From the IMG/VR virus record IMGVR_UViG_3300037587_000923, positions 1 through 64,000 of that record: 64,000 nucleotides of DNA; one strand, 5' to 3'. The position numbers and the translations under genes are program-made. Source of the DNA: a virus. A model generated the notes under the pieces. The model saw only the letters and a list, made by a program, of their open reading frames with translations, did no database searches and had not been told where the DNA came from. Position 1 is the first letter of the stretch. Each line of letters opens with the position of its first letter. This document shows positions 49,721 through 59,317 of the stretch, one piece after another.

Positions 49721-50383
49721 CTACGCTGACTGAACGCTTATGAGCTGAAGAGCCTGATTGTCCGCCTGAACGAAGTAATCAGCGTTGTTGACCTTTGCAA
49801 TGTTGAATGTCCCGTTAATAAAGCCTTTGCCACCGAACTCTGTGGATCCGTCGAACTCAGTAGTATCAAGATTTACCAAAGCCCTTGCGCTAAGCTCTGT
49901 ACCGTCAGCAAGAACGAGTAGGTCGCTTGTGGCAGGAGTGTTCGTAAACACTTCACCAGTGCAAGTGATCTTCGTGAATCCTGCTCCAGCAGTTCCGCCA
50001 CCAGCTGCGCTGACGATATCGATGGTGAGACTTGTCAAAGTTCCTGCATCAAGAGCTGACTCAGATACATCGTAGAACTTGACGAGATCTCCAACCTTGA
50101 ACCTCTTCGCCAGTGCATCAGGGACGTCACACACGAAGTTTGTTGCGTTGGTAATGTCAGTCATTACTGCGTTGCTGAAGAATGGCATTGCATCATATGG
50201 AGATGCGGTCGCCCTTGCAAACAGATGTGGTCCCCGGGCAACCTCTGTGTCAGCAGATGATGTTCCGTACCTTGCGCTAGACCCATCTACAGTGATAGGT
50301 ATGGTTGAGCCTGGATCCCCTATCATGGCGTCTTCGCCACCCTGGTTGGTATAAGGTGTTGTTACACCAGGAAATTCTTTCAT
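49721..50383 (-). CDS. head decoration protein
   Basis: between protease/scaffold and MCP. Confidence 0.65.
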   Translation of the reverse strand: MKEFPGVTTPYTNQGGEDAMIGDPGSTIPITVDGSSARYGTSSADTEVARGPHLFARATASPYDAMPFFSNAVMTDITNATNFVCDVPDALAKRFKVGDLVKFYDVSESALDAGTLTSLTIDIVSAAGGGTAGAGFTKITCTGEVFTNTPATSDLLVLADGTELSARALVNLDTTEFDGSTEFGGKGFINGTFNIAKVNNADYFVQADNQALQLISVQSA

Positions 50384-50439
50384 CTTTTACCTCCTTGTTA
50401 AGTTTTTGAAGTTATTTATTTGACTTGGCTGTGGCACTG

Positions 50440-52002
50440 CTAACCTTCTTCGTCAGACCTGCATGTTCCGGTGGCCTTTCTTGCGAGTCTCTTGCCGTCC
50501 TCTATGTCGGCAGCCTCTGTTGAGGAACCTGAGCCTTCTTTCTTGCCGTCGCCACCAAGAATAGAGGTATCAGAACCCTCGAGAGACTTCTCCCAGTCAT
50601 CAACCTCCGCCTGAAACACTGCTGCGAAAGCTTTGCCTGACTCGCTCTCCTTAGTGAAGGTCTCGCCCTCCTTAAGGTGATCATTGAAGTCGACCATCTT
50701 CTTGGTCTTGGCGTGAATCTTCTCCGGAAGGTCAGACTCGGCAAGAATACCATCCTGAATAGAATCGGCTACAGCCTTGGCTCCTGCAGTCTCCATCAGG
50801 GCGATCTTCTTGGTGCTCTCCTTCCCTTCCGTCTCGAGAGTGCCTATTGTGCCTTTAGCCTCTTCGAGTTGAGTAGATATCTTGCTATGGTTCTCTGCAG
50901 AAACGTAGCCTTCGCGGGCTTCTTTCTGTATAGCAGATACATGCTCTGGGTATTCGGATTTCAGTTCCTTTAAATCCATACTTTCCTCCTTTACAGTTTT
51001 AGTTTTATTTCCGAGATCCTCTTTTGTGATTTTTGTAATGAGATTATCGGGGACATTCGATACTGTCTCTGAGCTATCACCTCCTTTTGAGTTTGTTGAT
51101 ATAGCGCGGGTGCCGGCAGAGCAATCTAAAGAGCTATCGTGTCCTCCTATAATACTTTCAAGCGTTCCTATTTTGTGGACAAGCCCTCTTTCAAGAGCCT
51201 CTTTCCCGTTAAATATTTTGGAATCGGCAGTTTTGGTCTTTGCATCGTCAACGGATATCCCAAGATTTTTGGCAATGCTCTCAACAAATATTTCATACAG
51301 ACCATCAATCTCTCCTTGCATAAGATCCTCCCCTTCTTTAGAGAGAGGCTCCGCTTCCCTGGCAAGGCCTTTGTACTTCCCTTGATAAATGTATTTCTTT
51401 TTGACACCCTCATTCTCATAATATTTACTGTAGTCGTAGTGGGCCATAATAACACCCACAGAGCCAATCAGGGCAGTTTCAGAAGAAGCAATAACCTCGT
51501 CGGCGGCACTGGCAATCCAATACGCAGCAGAAGCCGCCATGCCATCCACATAAGCAGTTATCGGTTTTTCACCACGGTTTTCAAATATGAGATCGGCAAG
51601 TTCTTTTGTGCCGTCTATCGTCCCGCCAGGGCTACCGATTAAGAAAACAATACTTTCTACGCTATCGTCTGTGAGGGCTGCCTTGAAATCATTCCCGACA
51701 ATTTCCATTGATGTAGCGCCCGAAAACTGCGTCATCATGTTGGCCTTTTTAAATAAGGGCCCTTTGACGGGAATAATAGCCTTACCGTTGGCGATGGACA
51801 TTTCATGTGAATGTTCCATCTCACCAAGCATCTGTTCGCTCAACTCAATACCATGTATCTTGCGGCCGACAATTCCATGGATCTGGTCAAGCCAGCTTGG
51901 AGTAATAGCCCATGCGCTTTCGGTAAGCACACCGATCACGTTCTGATATAATTGCTGCCCGACGTTTGTTGATAGCGATTTTTTGTGGTCGTTATTCTTC
52001 AT
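50440..52002 (-). CDS. S49 (SppA-like) prohead protease fused to scaffold; probable nested scaffold start at 50979
   Basis: SPGG, AASAAYWIAS, GSVGV, GKYK; AGGAGG RBS before internal MDLKELK. Confidence 0.9.
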   Translation of the reverse strand: MKNNDHKKSLSTNVGQQLYQNVIGVLTESAWAITPSWLDQIHGIVGRKIHGIELSEQMLGEMEHSHEMSIANGKAIIPVKGPLFKKANMMTQFSGATSMEIVGNDFKAALTDDSVESIVFLIGSPGGTIDGTKELADLIFENRGEKPITAYVDGMAASAAYWIASAADEVIASSETALIGSVGVIMAHYDYSKYYENEGVKKKYIYQGKYKGLAREAEPLSKEGEDLMQGEIDGLYEIFVESIAKNLGISVDDAKTKTADSKIFNGKEALERGLVHKIGTLESIIGGHDSSLDCSAGTRAISTNSKGGDSSETVSNVPDNLITKITKEDLGNKTKTVKEESMDLKELKSEYPEHVSAIQKEAREGYVSAENHSKISTQLEEAKGTIGTLETEGKESTKKIALMETAGAKAVADSIQDGILAESDLPEKIHAKTKKMVDFNDHLKEGETFTKESESGKAFAAVFQAEVDDWEKSLEGSDTSILGGDGKKEGSGSSTEAADIEDGKRLARKATGTCRSDEEG

Positions 52003-53653
52003 TCTTTTTTTCCTCCTCCTCTTCCTCCACTGCCGGAACGGTTTCTTTTTTTCTGCTGTCCTCGATCAACCTCTTATCTCTTTCTCTATTGAAGTCCTTG
52101 ACCCCTATAGACCTGGCTGCCCTCTCGTCACTAACTCCTATCTTGGTGACGCCTTTGTGGTTATTGCCAAGGTATGCCGAAACTTTCCCAGCTATATCGC
52201 TCTCAAACTTTACATGGGGAGTTATTACCTCGACAAGCTCGGAGGGCTCGACATTATCTTTTATGATCTCCTCCTTACCGCCTTCATGATCTACAAACTC
52301 TTTCTCAAAGGTAGTTGGGAAGTCGGCGAGTATATGGGCTGCGTAAAAACATGCCCTAAGGAAATTGTATTGTATAAAGTGAGTGAACTTATGCTGCATG
52401 TTCTCTATGTCTATCTCGAGAGGTGACCTGGAGGCGCTTAGCGATGAGTGGGTGGAGCCCCTTACATCACCTTGGAACATGTCTTGTGGTGACTGGGCGC
52501 CAGCACCAGCTATGTTGAGCAGGTCTCTGTTGTCTCCGTCAAGCCTAGACATCTGCGGAGCCTTAACGTCATACTCCATACCAGGCATCATGAATAGCTT
52601 AGACCCAGGGGTAAGCCTTTTTGTGAGACCAAAGGCGTCCTTCTCTTCGGCTGTCATCTTTTTGAATATGTGCCAGGCGAGCTTGCCAGCTGCTGTTTCG
52701 TTGAACTTGAATACGTTGGTATAGGAAGTGGCAGCCTTCTTGTGGTCTAGCTGCCATTTGATAGCATTCCAGTATAGATTGATCGCTTCGAGGATTGTTG
52801 ATAGTTGAGATGTATCTCGGGCATACTCCATTATTCCCGACATGTTTTTCCAGTGGATGATGAAGCGTCTGTACCCGCCCATCTTCTTGAACCTTCTTTT
52901 ATTGACTGTAGCTTTTGAGCTCTTGAGTTTGGTGGCATCTATTTTATCTAAGACTTTCTTCTCTTTCAAGGGATCATACATTATGTTGATGTCAGGTATG
53001 ATCTCCTTATCACCTATTTCATAGAATAGGGTTTCAGCAAAGTCATCTGGATTGGTTATAAGACCGGTGTTGTTTTCACTATTACTGCCTCCACCTATCC
53101 TCGAGGGCTCGAAAGCCCTTACTGTCGCCTTGCCATCTTTATCAAATGCCAACAAGAGAAATAGCTCTCCCTCTGCCTGCATCCTTGTAACCCATCCTGG
53201 GCTTCTGAAGTAGAGTTGGTTTCTATGTGAATACCAGAGGTCGTTTAGAAACCTTGATATCTTATGAACAGGTGAATAAAGAGAGAAGCCTGCGCCGGCT
53301 GTGTAGTCAGACTTTGAGTTTATACTCGCATTGATAGGGCCAAATGTTCTGTACTTGTTCCAGCATTTAATTTGGAGTTCGCGCCATTCAGGCTTAGAGT
53401 CTTTACCTTTTCCGTCCTGCTTGGTTGTCTCCTCTAGGTCATCGGATTGGAATAATACATTCGTATTTTGCCATGGGGAGAGAGCAAGTAGCCTTAAAGA
53501 TGGGTCTTCTTTGATTAGGGCTTCCCATTCCTCGCTATTGATAGCGCCTTCAAAAGCTTCTGGAACCGAGTTGGAGTTCTCTTTATTCTGGCTAGAAGCA
53601 TTTCTTTTTGCCGGCTTGCGCGGCTGGTTCTTTTTGGTCTTTCCCTCTGACAT
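51992..53653 (-). CDS. portal protein
   Basis: first gene of late operon, 553 aa, EGELFL motif. Confidence 0.75.
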   Translation of the reverse strand: MSEGKTKKNQPRKPAKRNASSQNKENSNSVPEAFEGAINSEEWEALIKEDPSLRLLALSPWQNTNVLFQSDDLEETTKQDGKGKDSKPEWRELQIKCWNKYRTFGPINASINSKSDYTAGAGFSLYSPVHKISRFLNDLWYSHRNQLYFRSPGWVTRMQAEGELFLLLAFDKDGKATVRAFEPSRIGGGSNSENNTGLITNPDDFAETLFYEIGDKEIIPDINIMYDPLKEKKVLDKIDATKLKSSKATVNKRRFKKMGGYRRFIIHWKNMSGIMEYARDTSQLSTILEAINLYWNAIKWQLDHKKAATSYTNVFKFNETAAGKLAWHIFKKMTAEEKDAFGLTKRLTPGSKLFMMPGMEYDVKAPQMSRLDGDNRDLLNIAGAGAQSPQDMFQGDVRGSTHSSLSASRSPLEIDIENMQHKFTHFIQYNFLRACFYAAHILADFPTTFEKEFVDHEGGKEEIIKDNVEPSELVEVITPHVKFESDIAGKVSAYLGNNHKGVTKIGVSDERAARSIGVKDFNRERDKRLIEDSRKKETVPAVEEEEEEKKNEE

Positions 53654-53814
53654 TAATACTCCTGATCCACCTTTAACTTTGAATTTTGCCCTTTACTTAT
53701 AGCTGCACTTTTTGGACAGGCTATTTTAAGAGTGATGGAAGTGCCTGCAATTACAAGCATTTATTTTTGGATTTAGGCATGCTGAAAAATATAAAAATAA
53801 TTCCACTTTTCTTG

Positions 53815-53843
53815 TTGACTTTCATTGATGATTAATTTATGAT
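53815..53843 (+). promoter_or_regulatory. sigma70-type promoter
   Basis: TTGACT-17 bp-TATGAT in the divergent intergenic region; palindrome at 53772-53787 upstream. Confidence 0.7.
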
Positions 53844-53960
53844 GATGAATAGTTAATGACGAAGGCGGATAACAATAAAAACAAGAGGGGTCTTTAGGCC
53901 TCCGCCTTCATTGAGAAGTTGGGTGGCCAGCCGTTAACATAAACAATAAAAGGAGTGAAT

Positions 53961-54116
53961 ATGACTGATATGACTGAGAAAGAAATTGAAGTAGCAGACA
54001 TCCTGTTAGAGGCAATAGTGAAAACAAGGAGTAAAAGACTATTTGGTATCACACGAGCAGTTTCTGATTACGCTCAATTTATTTCAGCGGCTTGTAAAAG
54101 GGCAAGTATTAATTAA
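53961..54116 (+). CDS. 51-aa ORF framed by inverted repeats
   Basis: AGGAG RBS; MTDMTEKEIEV...ASIN*. Confidence 0.55.
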   Translation: MTDMTEKEIEVADILLEAIVKTRSKRLFGITRAVSDYAQFISAACKRASIN

Positions 54117-54215
54117 CTAGAAGGCTGGCCACCGCTACAATAACGAGCGCCGGATTAGGCAAAAGACACCCTTTCGGGGCCGCGTTGATTAATTTTTAAA
54201 CCCTTTGAGGTTCCT

Positions 54216-54437
54216 ATGAAATACGCAATAGAACAGAGATTAAGGTTGATAGATTTCCTTCTCTCTCAATACGGGAATGTGAATCGAAGCGCTATAATGG
54301 ATTATTTCGGGATCGGGGAAGCGACTGCTACCAGAGATTTCGCTGAATATAAAAAACTTCGGCCTCGGAATATGGTTTATGACGGCAATGACAGAACCTA
54401 CTATAAGACACAAAACTTTGAAAAAGAGTGGGTTTAA
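54216..54437 (+). CDS. stand-alone winged-HTH resembling the CapW/BrxR N-terminal domain
   Basis: QRLRLIDFLL..YG.VNR..IMDYFGI....ATRDF..YKKL.P.NM.YD...R.Y. Confidence 0.7.
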   Translation: MKYAIEQRLRLIDFLLSQYGNVNRSAIMDYFGIGEATATRDFAEYKKLRPRNMVYDGNDRTYYKTQNFEKEWV

Positions 54438-54449
54438 TTAGGAGATTAC

Positions 54450-54686
54450 ATGAAGTGTAAATGTAGTAACTGTGGCTATGAGTGGGAAGCTAGAAGCGGC
54501 ATGGAACCAAAGTCCTGTCCTTGCTGTAAGACTTACACCTGGAACAAGGGTAAGGAAACTACAAAGAGATGTAAGTGTCTTTGTTGTGGTCATAAGTGGA
54601 GTGCTCGTGGAGGGAAGAAGCCAAAGTCCTGTCCTTGCTGTAAATCCTATAAGTGGAATAAAAAGAAGGAGGTTGCCAATGCCTGA
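54450..54686 (+). CDS. tandem Zn-ribbon protein
   Basis: two C..CG..W.AR.G..PKSCPCCK.Y.WNK repeats. Confidence 0.75.
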   Translation: MKCKCSNCGYEWEARSGMEPKSCPCCKTYTWNKGKETTKRCKCLCCGHKWSARGGKKPKSCPCCKSYKWNKKKEVANA

Positions 54687-54918
54687 GTGGATAATTCAAA
54701 CTTTATATAGCGCTGCCCTTGGTGCCCTTGGGTGGGCCCTGATAGTAATATTATGCTACTGCATAACTCTCCTGACCAATAAGCTTTTAACGGCCAAGGT
54801 TGTGTTGGCCAACCAGAGGCTCCTTAATATTGAGCTGAAGGTTGCGGTCGAAGAAGGGAAGGTGGTTAGTATGGAAGAGTATAAAGAGTTCAAGCGTAGA
54901 GCTGAGGGGGGACTATGA
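54679..54918 (+). CDS. membrane protein
   Basis: AGGAGG RBS before MPEW; TM helix. Confidence 0.55.
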   Translation: MPEWIIQTLYSAALGALGWALIVILCYCITLLTNKLLTAKVVLANQRLLNIELKVAVEEGKVVSMEEYKEFKRRAEGGL

Positions 54919-55745
54919 GTAAGGATACTTATCTGGAAGGGTATGATGCGGTGGCGGGAAAGAAGGAGTACATTACGTCATCTCAGATAGCTTCATTCTG
55001 TGAATGTGGAGTGGAATACCTCCGCAGGTATATTATGAAGGAGAAGACGGGCTACGGTTCTGCAGCAGCCTACGGAACAGCAGGGCACTATGCTGAGAAT
55101 GAGATTAGTCTTCGCCCTAAAATAATCACCAAGAAAGATATGCCTCTCGATGTCGTTCAGGATGCGTTTAGAGACCACCTTCAAAGCATCAAGGGTGATA
55201 TAAGATGGAACAAGAAAGAGAGGAAGGAGGGCGTAAGGAAGCTATGGAGGGGGATGCAAGATGGCGGGATCATCGCAATGGAAAAGCTACATCTTGAGCT
55301 TGCCCCTAAAATTCAACCCATCTCCATCGAGGCCAAAATAAGAATACCCCTCAAGGACTTCCCTAAAGATATACTTGGCACTTGGGATATCGAATGCAGG
55401 AGAGATATCTGGGACTGGAAGTTTAAGGGTAAGACTCCAAACCAAGCTGATGCAGACGCCAATATAGGCTTTACTATCTACAATGCTGCCAAAAAAATTA
55501 ACGATGGTATAGCGCCGCGCCACCTCCATATGGCAGGGATAGTCAAGCTTAAAAGAGGGCCAAAGACTTTCGACATTATCACTAAGAGGAATGACGATGA
55601 TTTCCACAGGGTTCTTCTTACTGTCAATAAGATTCAAAAGTCTATTGAGGCCGGGATCTTCCTTCCGGCCTCCCCATTATCGTGGAAATGTAGCCCAAAT
55701 TGGTGTGATTTTTTTGAGACATGCACGGATAGGATCAAGAGGTAG
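54915..55745 (+). CDS. PD-(D/E)XK exonuclease (RecB/Cas4-like, Fe-S)
   Basis: SQIASFCEC, GTAGH, GTWD...DWK, C...WCDF...C. Confidence 0.8.
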   Translation: MSKDTYLEGYDAVAGKKEYITSSQIASFCECGVEYLRRYIMKEKTGYGSAAAYGTAGHYAENEISLRPKIITKKDMPLDVVQDAFRDHLQSIKGDIRWNKKERKEGVRKLWRGMQDGGIIAMEKLHLELAPKIQPISIEAKIRIPLKDFPKDILGTWDIECRRDIWDWKFKGKTPNQADADANIGFTIYNAAKKINDGIAPRHLHMAGIVKLKRGPKTFDIITKRNDDDFHRVLLTVNKIQKSIEAGIFLPASPLSWKCSPNWCDFFETCTDRIKR

Positions 55746-55748
55746 TCA

Positions 55749-56312
55749 TTGCCTAAGATTTATAAACACAAAGGTAAACTCACGGTCAGCATTAACGGGA
55801 ATCATGTCAGACTAAAAGATCTTGCTAAGGAAGCTGGTATCTCTTGGGACACTGTCAGAACTCGCCGTTTCAACGGTATGGCTGAAACCCTAGAAATGGC
55901 TTTAAAGCCACCAAAAGGTATGGGTCAATAGTACCTTTCTAGTGGGTATCCAGCTGTTACTATTAACGGAAACCCAAAACACCTACATATCATAGTTGCA
56001 GAGAATGCATTGGGTCGGAAGTTGGGAGGAAAAGAAGAGGTTCACCATTTTAACGAGGATAGGTGTGATTTTAGAAATAAGAATCTGGTGATATGTGATG
56101 GTAGAGAATACCACCTGTTGTTACACAGAAGAAGGGCTGCATTAAAAGCTACTGGCTATGCAAGCTCTAGGCGCTGCAAGATTTGTAGAAAATGGGACAC
56201 CTTGGAGAGTGACGATCTTTATATCGACCCTAGCGGCAAGACTGTTTTTCACAAAAGCTGCAGAAGGCTGAAACGCAAATCAAAACGAAACACTAAACAG
56301 GAGGAAGTATAA
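55749..56312 (+). pseudogene. HNH endonuclease interrupted by an in-frame TAG (55929-55931)
   Basis: both ORFs are in the same frame; intervening YLSSGY...HIIVAENALGR; VHHFNEDRCDFRNKNL. Confidence 0.7.
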
Positions 56313-57448
56313 TGGAAAAAAATAAGGGTCTACAGCTAGTAGATAAAAAAGAAATGGCAGGGGGTGGTGGCTTTTCTCTTGCTCCAAGTAATCTAGGGGA
56401 GGCAATGGAGTTCGCCAAGATGATGGCTAATACAGACATGGTCCCTCGAGACTACGCTGGAAAACCTGCCAACATAATGATAGCTGTCCAGATGGGAGCC
56501 GAGATCGGCCTTAAACCGATGCAAAGCTTACAGAACATATCTGTGATCAACGGCAGGCCTAGCGTGTGGGGAGACACCGCAATTGCATTAGTCAGGGTTC
56601 ACCCTGACTGTGAGTCCATCAATGAATACCTTCTCGATAAAAATGGTAATAAGACCACTGGTACCGATTACGACACTGCAGTTTGTGTAGTGAAGAGGGC
56701 TGGCCAAGACGAAGAGATTAGGACTTTCAGCCTCGCTGACGCCAAAAAAGCCAGACTTATTGGTAAAACAGGGCCATGGTCTACTCACGAGAAGAGGATG
56801 TTGCAGCTGCGAGCTAGAGGTTTTGCTCTCCGTGATGTTTTTCCTGATGCATTAAAAGGCCTAGCGATTGCAGAGGAAGCTCAAGACTTACCACCTCGAG
56901 ACATCACTCCTGCCAGGGAAGAAGTATTGACTCCCGAGTTCGATGTGCCCGTCATAGACACCGGCCGTAGTGTTATGGTTGAGGAGGTTGCCAATGAAGA
57001 AGTAGTTGATGCCGCCACTGGAGAGATCACTGAGGGGTCAGAGCAGAAGTCTGAGTCTGCCAAGATCGAGGATGACGACGCTCTCGATGCAACCGTTACC
57101 GGCATGATCGATCGTATTGAGAATATCGGTAATAAGTTCGAGGGGGATAACTGGCTGACCAAACATAGCTCTGAAATCAACAAGCTTCCGGAAGATGCCA
57201 AGGAAGTTGTTATGAACAACTACAAGGGGAAAATGGAAGATCTGGCATCGGAGGGTGTGGCCAAGGAAGAGGGATCAAAAGGTGACGAAGACTCCCTTGT
57301 TCTTGACTACATAAAGAAGCTGGAAAAACCTAAGAGCCTGGAGGAGCTTGACGCTATATTTGACGAGGCCCAGAATAAAATAAAGACCGGCGCAAAGGTT
57401 GTCGCCCTTCGTAAGGTTAGAGACAAGAAGGCACAGGATTTTAAGTAA
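56312..57448 (+). CDS. recT: RecT-like single-strand annealing protein
   Basis: GKPANIMIAVQMGAEIGLKPMQSLQNISVINGRP, RMLQLRARGFALRDVFPDALKG. Confidence 0.85.
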   Translation: MEKNKGLQLVDKKEMAGGGGFSLAPSNLGEAMEFAKMMANTDMVPRDYAGKPANIMIAVQMGAEIGLKPMQSLQNISVINGRPSVWGDTAIALVRVHPDCESINEYLLDKNGNKTTGTDYDTAVCVVKRAGQDEEIRTFSLADAKKARLIGKTGPWSTHEKRMLQLRARGFALRDVFPDALKGLAIAEEAQDLPPRDITPAREEVLTPEFDVPVIDTGRSVMVEEVANEEVVDAATGEITEGSEQKSESAKIEDDDALDATVTGMIDRIENIGNKFEGDNWLTKHSSEINKLPEDAKEVVMNNYKGKMEDLASEGVAKEEGSKGDEDSLVLDYIKKLEKPKSLEELDAIFDEAQNKIKTGAKVVALRKVRDKKAQDFK

Positions 57449-57588
57449 CATTGGCATTGAGGGGCCGCCGGATTGATGGCAACCTCTTTCAAAAACTGAG
57501 TGGCGGGGAAAGCCGACTCCTGTAAAAATCAGACAGATGTTTAGGCGGTCACTCTCGAATAACTGGTTATGAAACTTGGAGGTAGAAA

Positions 57589-57789
57589 ATGAACACTACA
57601 GAGCAACGCATGGCGGCAATATTTAACGAGTGGGCAAAACGTTATTCTGAGAACCCTGACGCTTTCGGGCCTATATTTGATGATGAGGGGAAGCCGGTCA
57701 CCGACTATGGAGTAAGATGCGCACGCTATTTCAAAAAGGTAGCCGATGAAATGGACAGCAAGGGGATATTACCCGCACCTGTTTCATAA
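57589..57789 (+). CDS. cassette 1 hypothetical protein
   Basis: ends gttatga/tcataac. Confidence 0.7.
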   Translation: MNTTEQRMAAIFNEWAKRYSENPDAFGPIFDDEGKPVTDYGVRCARYFKKVADEMDSKGILPAPVS

Positions 57790-57867
57790 CGCTTGAGGTA
57801 AGCGGAACGAGCGTAGCGAGTTTCCCACTTGAGCGAATTGTTATGTTGAAACTTTTAACTATAGGAG

Positions 57868-58200
57868 ATGCTGATAATGACACCTGAAATTAATAAAAAA
57901 TATTTAATTACGACCGATAATTGGTTTTTGGCACCTGATGGGAATAGTTATCGCGCAGTATTTGGAACTGTCATAGGAATACAAACAGACGAAAATACAT
58001 TGGGAGTTAAAACGAATAGAAGCTCGACAAACTGGTATGTTGCTATCGGGAATATGTTGATCGCTGGTTGTCAAATACATTATGTAATCCAAGTGGATGA
58101 GGTAAGCTTTAACGCACCTAATAGAGAAATAGAGCACGATGGTAAATTAACTAAAGAGAGGGAAAGCATAACAAGAATATATAATGCCGATGAAACATAA
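57868..58200 (+). CDS. cassette 2 hypothetical protein
   Basis: ends gttatgtt/aacataac. Confidence 0.75.
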   Translation: MLIMTPEINKKYLITTDNWFLAPDGNSYRAVFGTVIGIQTDENTLGVKTNRSSTNWYVAIGNMLIAGCQIHYVIQVDEVSFNAPNREIEHDGKLTKERESITRIYNADET

Positions 58201-58234
58201 CGATTGAACTAAACTGCGGCGAAAGGAGAATATC

Positions 58235-58378
58235 ATGAAATGGGAATGTGGAAATTGTGGACACAAGGTTACTGAAAAAGAAACTGTTGAAGGTGGGAAT
58301 AAAGAATGGAAATGCCCTAAATGTTCTAATATCAATAAGCATGAAAAAAAGAAAAGCGCGTTGAGCCGTCAGATTTGA
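58235..58378 (+). CDS. 47-aa Zn-ribbon ORF nested inside attC
   Basis: AGGAG RBS; MKWECGNCG...WKCPKCS...SRQI*. Confidence 0.7.
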   Translation: MKWECGNCGHKVTEKETVEGGNKEWKCPKCSNINKHEKKKSALSRQI

Positions 58379-58416
58379 GTGACTGGGTTAGGCCGCACGA
58401 ACCTTAGGAGGTAAGT

Positions 58417-58605
58417 TTGGAAAAGCCAGAATATTTAAAAGATGAACATTTAAAATATCTAAATGAGCTGAAAGAAACCAAAATGGTACCCATGTTTGGA
58501 GCAGCATCTACCTTGAGATTATATTATGATTATCTGACAAAGGAGCAAGCCAGGAAAATATTAGCCTATTGGATAGACACATTTCAAGAGAGACATGCGG
58601 CATAA
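58417..58605 (+). CDS. cassette 3 hypothetical protein
   Basis: ends gttaggccgca/tgcggcataac. Confidence 0.7.
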   Translation: MEKPEYLKDEHLKYLNELKETKMVPMFGAASTLRLYYDYLTKEQARKILAYWIDTFQERHAA

Positions 58606-58646
58606 CAATTGAACTGTGCCGCTTGCAAAATTAAAGGAGAAAACCT

Positions 58647-58961
58647 ATGAGTGGAGTTATAGACTTACCCTGTGGATGCACAATGGATGATTATTCAGGA
58701 CTAGCACTTTATGTTTGCCAAGCGTGTAGAGAGCGCAAGAAGAGGCAAGAGACTTCAGAACGCGACAGCGTTTTGCAAGTCGGAACCAGTGATGGGTTAG
58801 ACTGCCCCCTTTGTGCGAAGATGGGGCCGAAAGAAGTTTATGAAAAGTGGGGCTTTGATTATGAAGCAAGATATAAAGACACATGCAAAGCGCATAGACC
58901 GCTAATGCTTGAGAGAATGGAAGATGGACTGAACAAGTTGAAAGAGCTTCTGGCAGACTAA
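58647..58961 (+). CDS. Cys-rich ORF starting in the attC loop and reading through into cassette 4
   Basis: AGGAG RBS in loop; reads across gttagac. Confidence 0.65.
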   Translation: MSGVIDLPCGCTMDDYSGLALYVCQACRERKKRQETSERDSVLQVGTSDGLDCPLCAKMGPKEVYEKWGFDYEARYKDTCKAHRPLMLERMEDGLNKLKELLAD

Positions 58962-59317
58962 CAAGACAAGCTAAGGGGCTTGAACGAACGCAGTGAGAGA
59001 AAGTCCAAGGAGTGAAACGACTGTCTTTGAGCGCCTGGGTTATGTTTTTTGATATGACAGGGCAAAAAATCGGAGGTTATTATGGACGACATAGCAATAA
59101 ATGAAGGTCAAAAGATATTTGAAGAAAGATATAAAAAGGGATTTCCAAAAGTGATATTTGGGGAGACGCACATCTCAATTCCTTGCACTTGCGACGATGG
59201 CGGTGGGCCTATTCACTGGGCAACAGTGCAGAACAACATAAGATCGATAGAAGAACATTTCCGGCATGAGGAGACTTTGCGTGAATTAAGGAAAATGGAT
59301 AGGGACAAAACATAACG
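58959..59317. repeat. exact 359-bp duplication (copy 1): attC + gene
   Basis: appears identical to 61287-61645 by eye; encoded proteins identical. Confidence 0.9.
59082..59315 (+). CDS. cassette 5 hypothetical protein
   Basis: identical to 61410..61643. Confidence 0.7.
   Translation: MDDIAINEGQKIFEERYKKGFPKVIFGETHISIPCTCDDGGGPIHWATVQNNIRSIEEHFRHEETLRELRKMDRDKT

Noticed and set aside
23966-53653. Numerous + strand ORFs in the late region (and - strand ORFs in the early arms)
   Set aside because: Antisense shadows of real genes, without RBS or recognisable motifs
54915-55745. Cas4 / CRISPR locus
   Set aside because: No other cas genes or array; position next to recT indicates a recombination exonuclease
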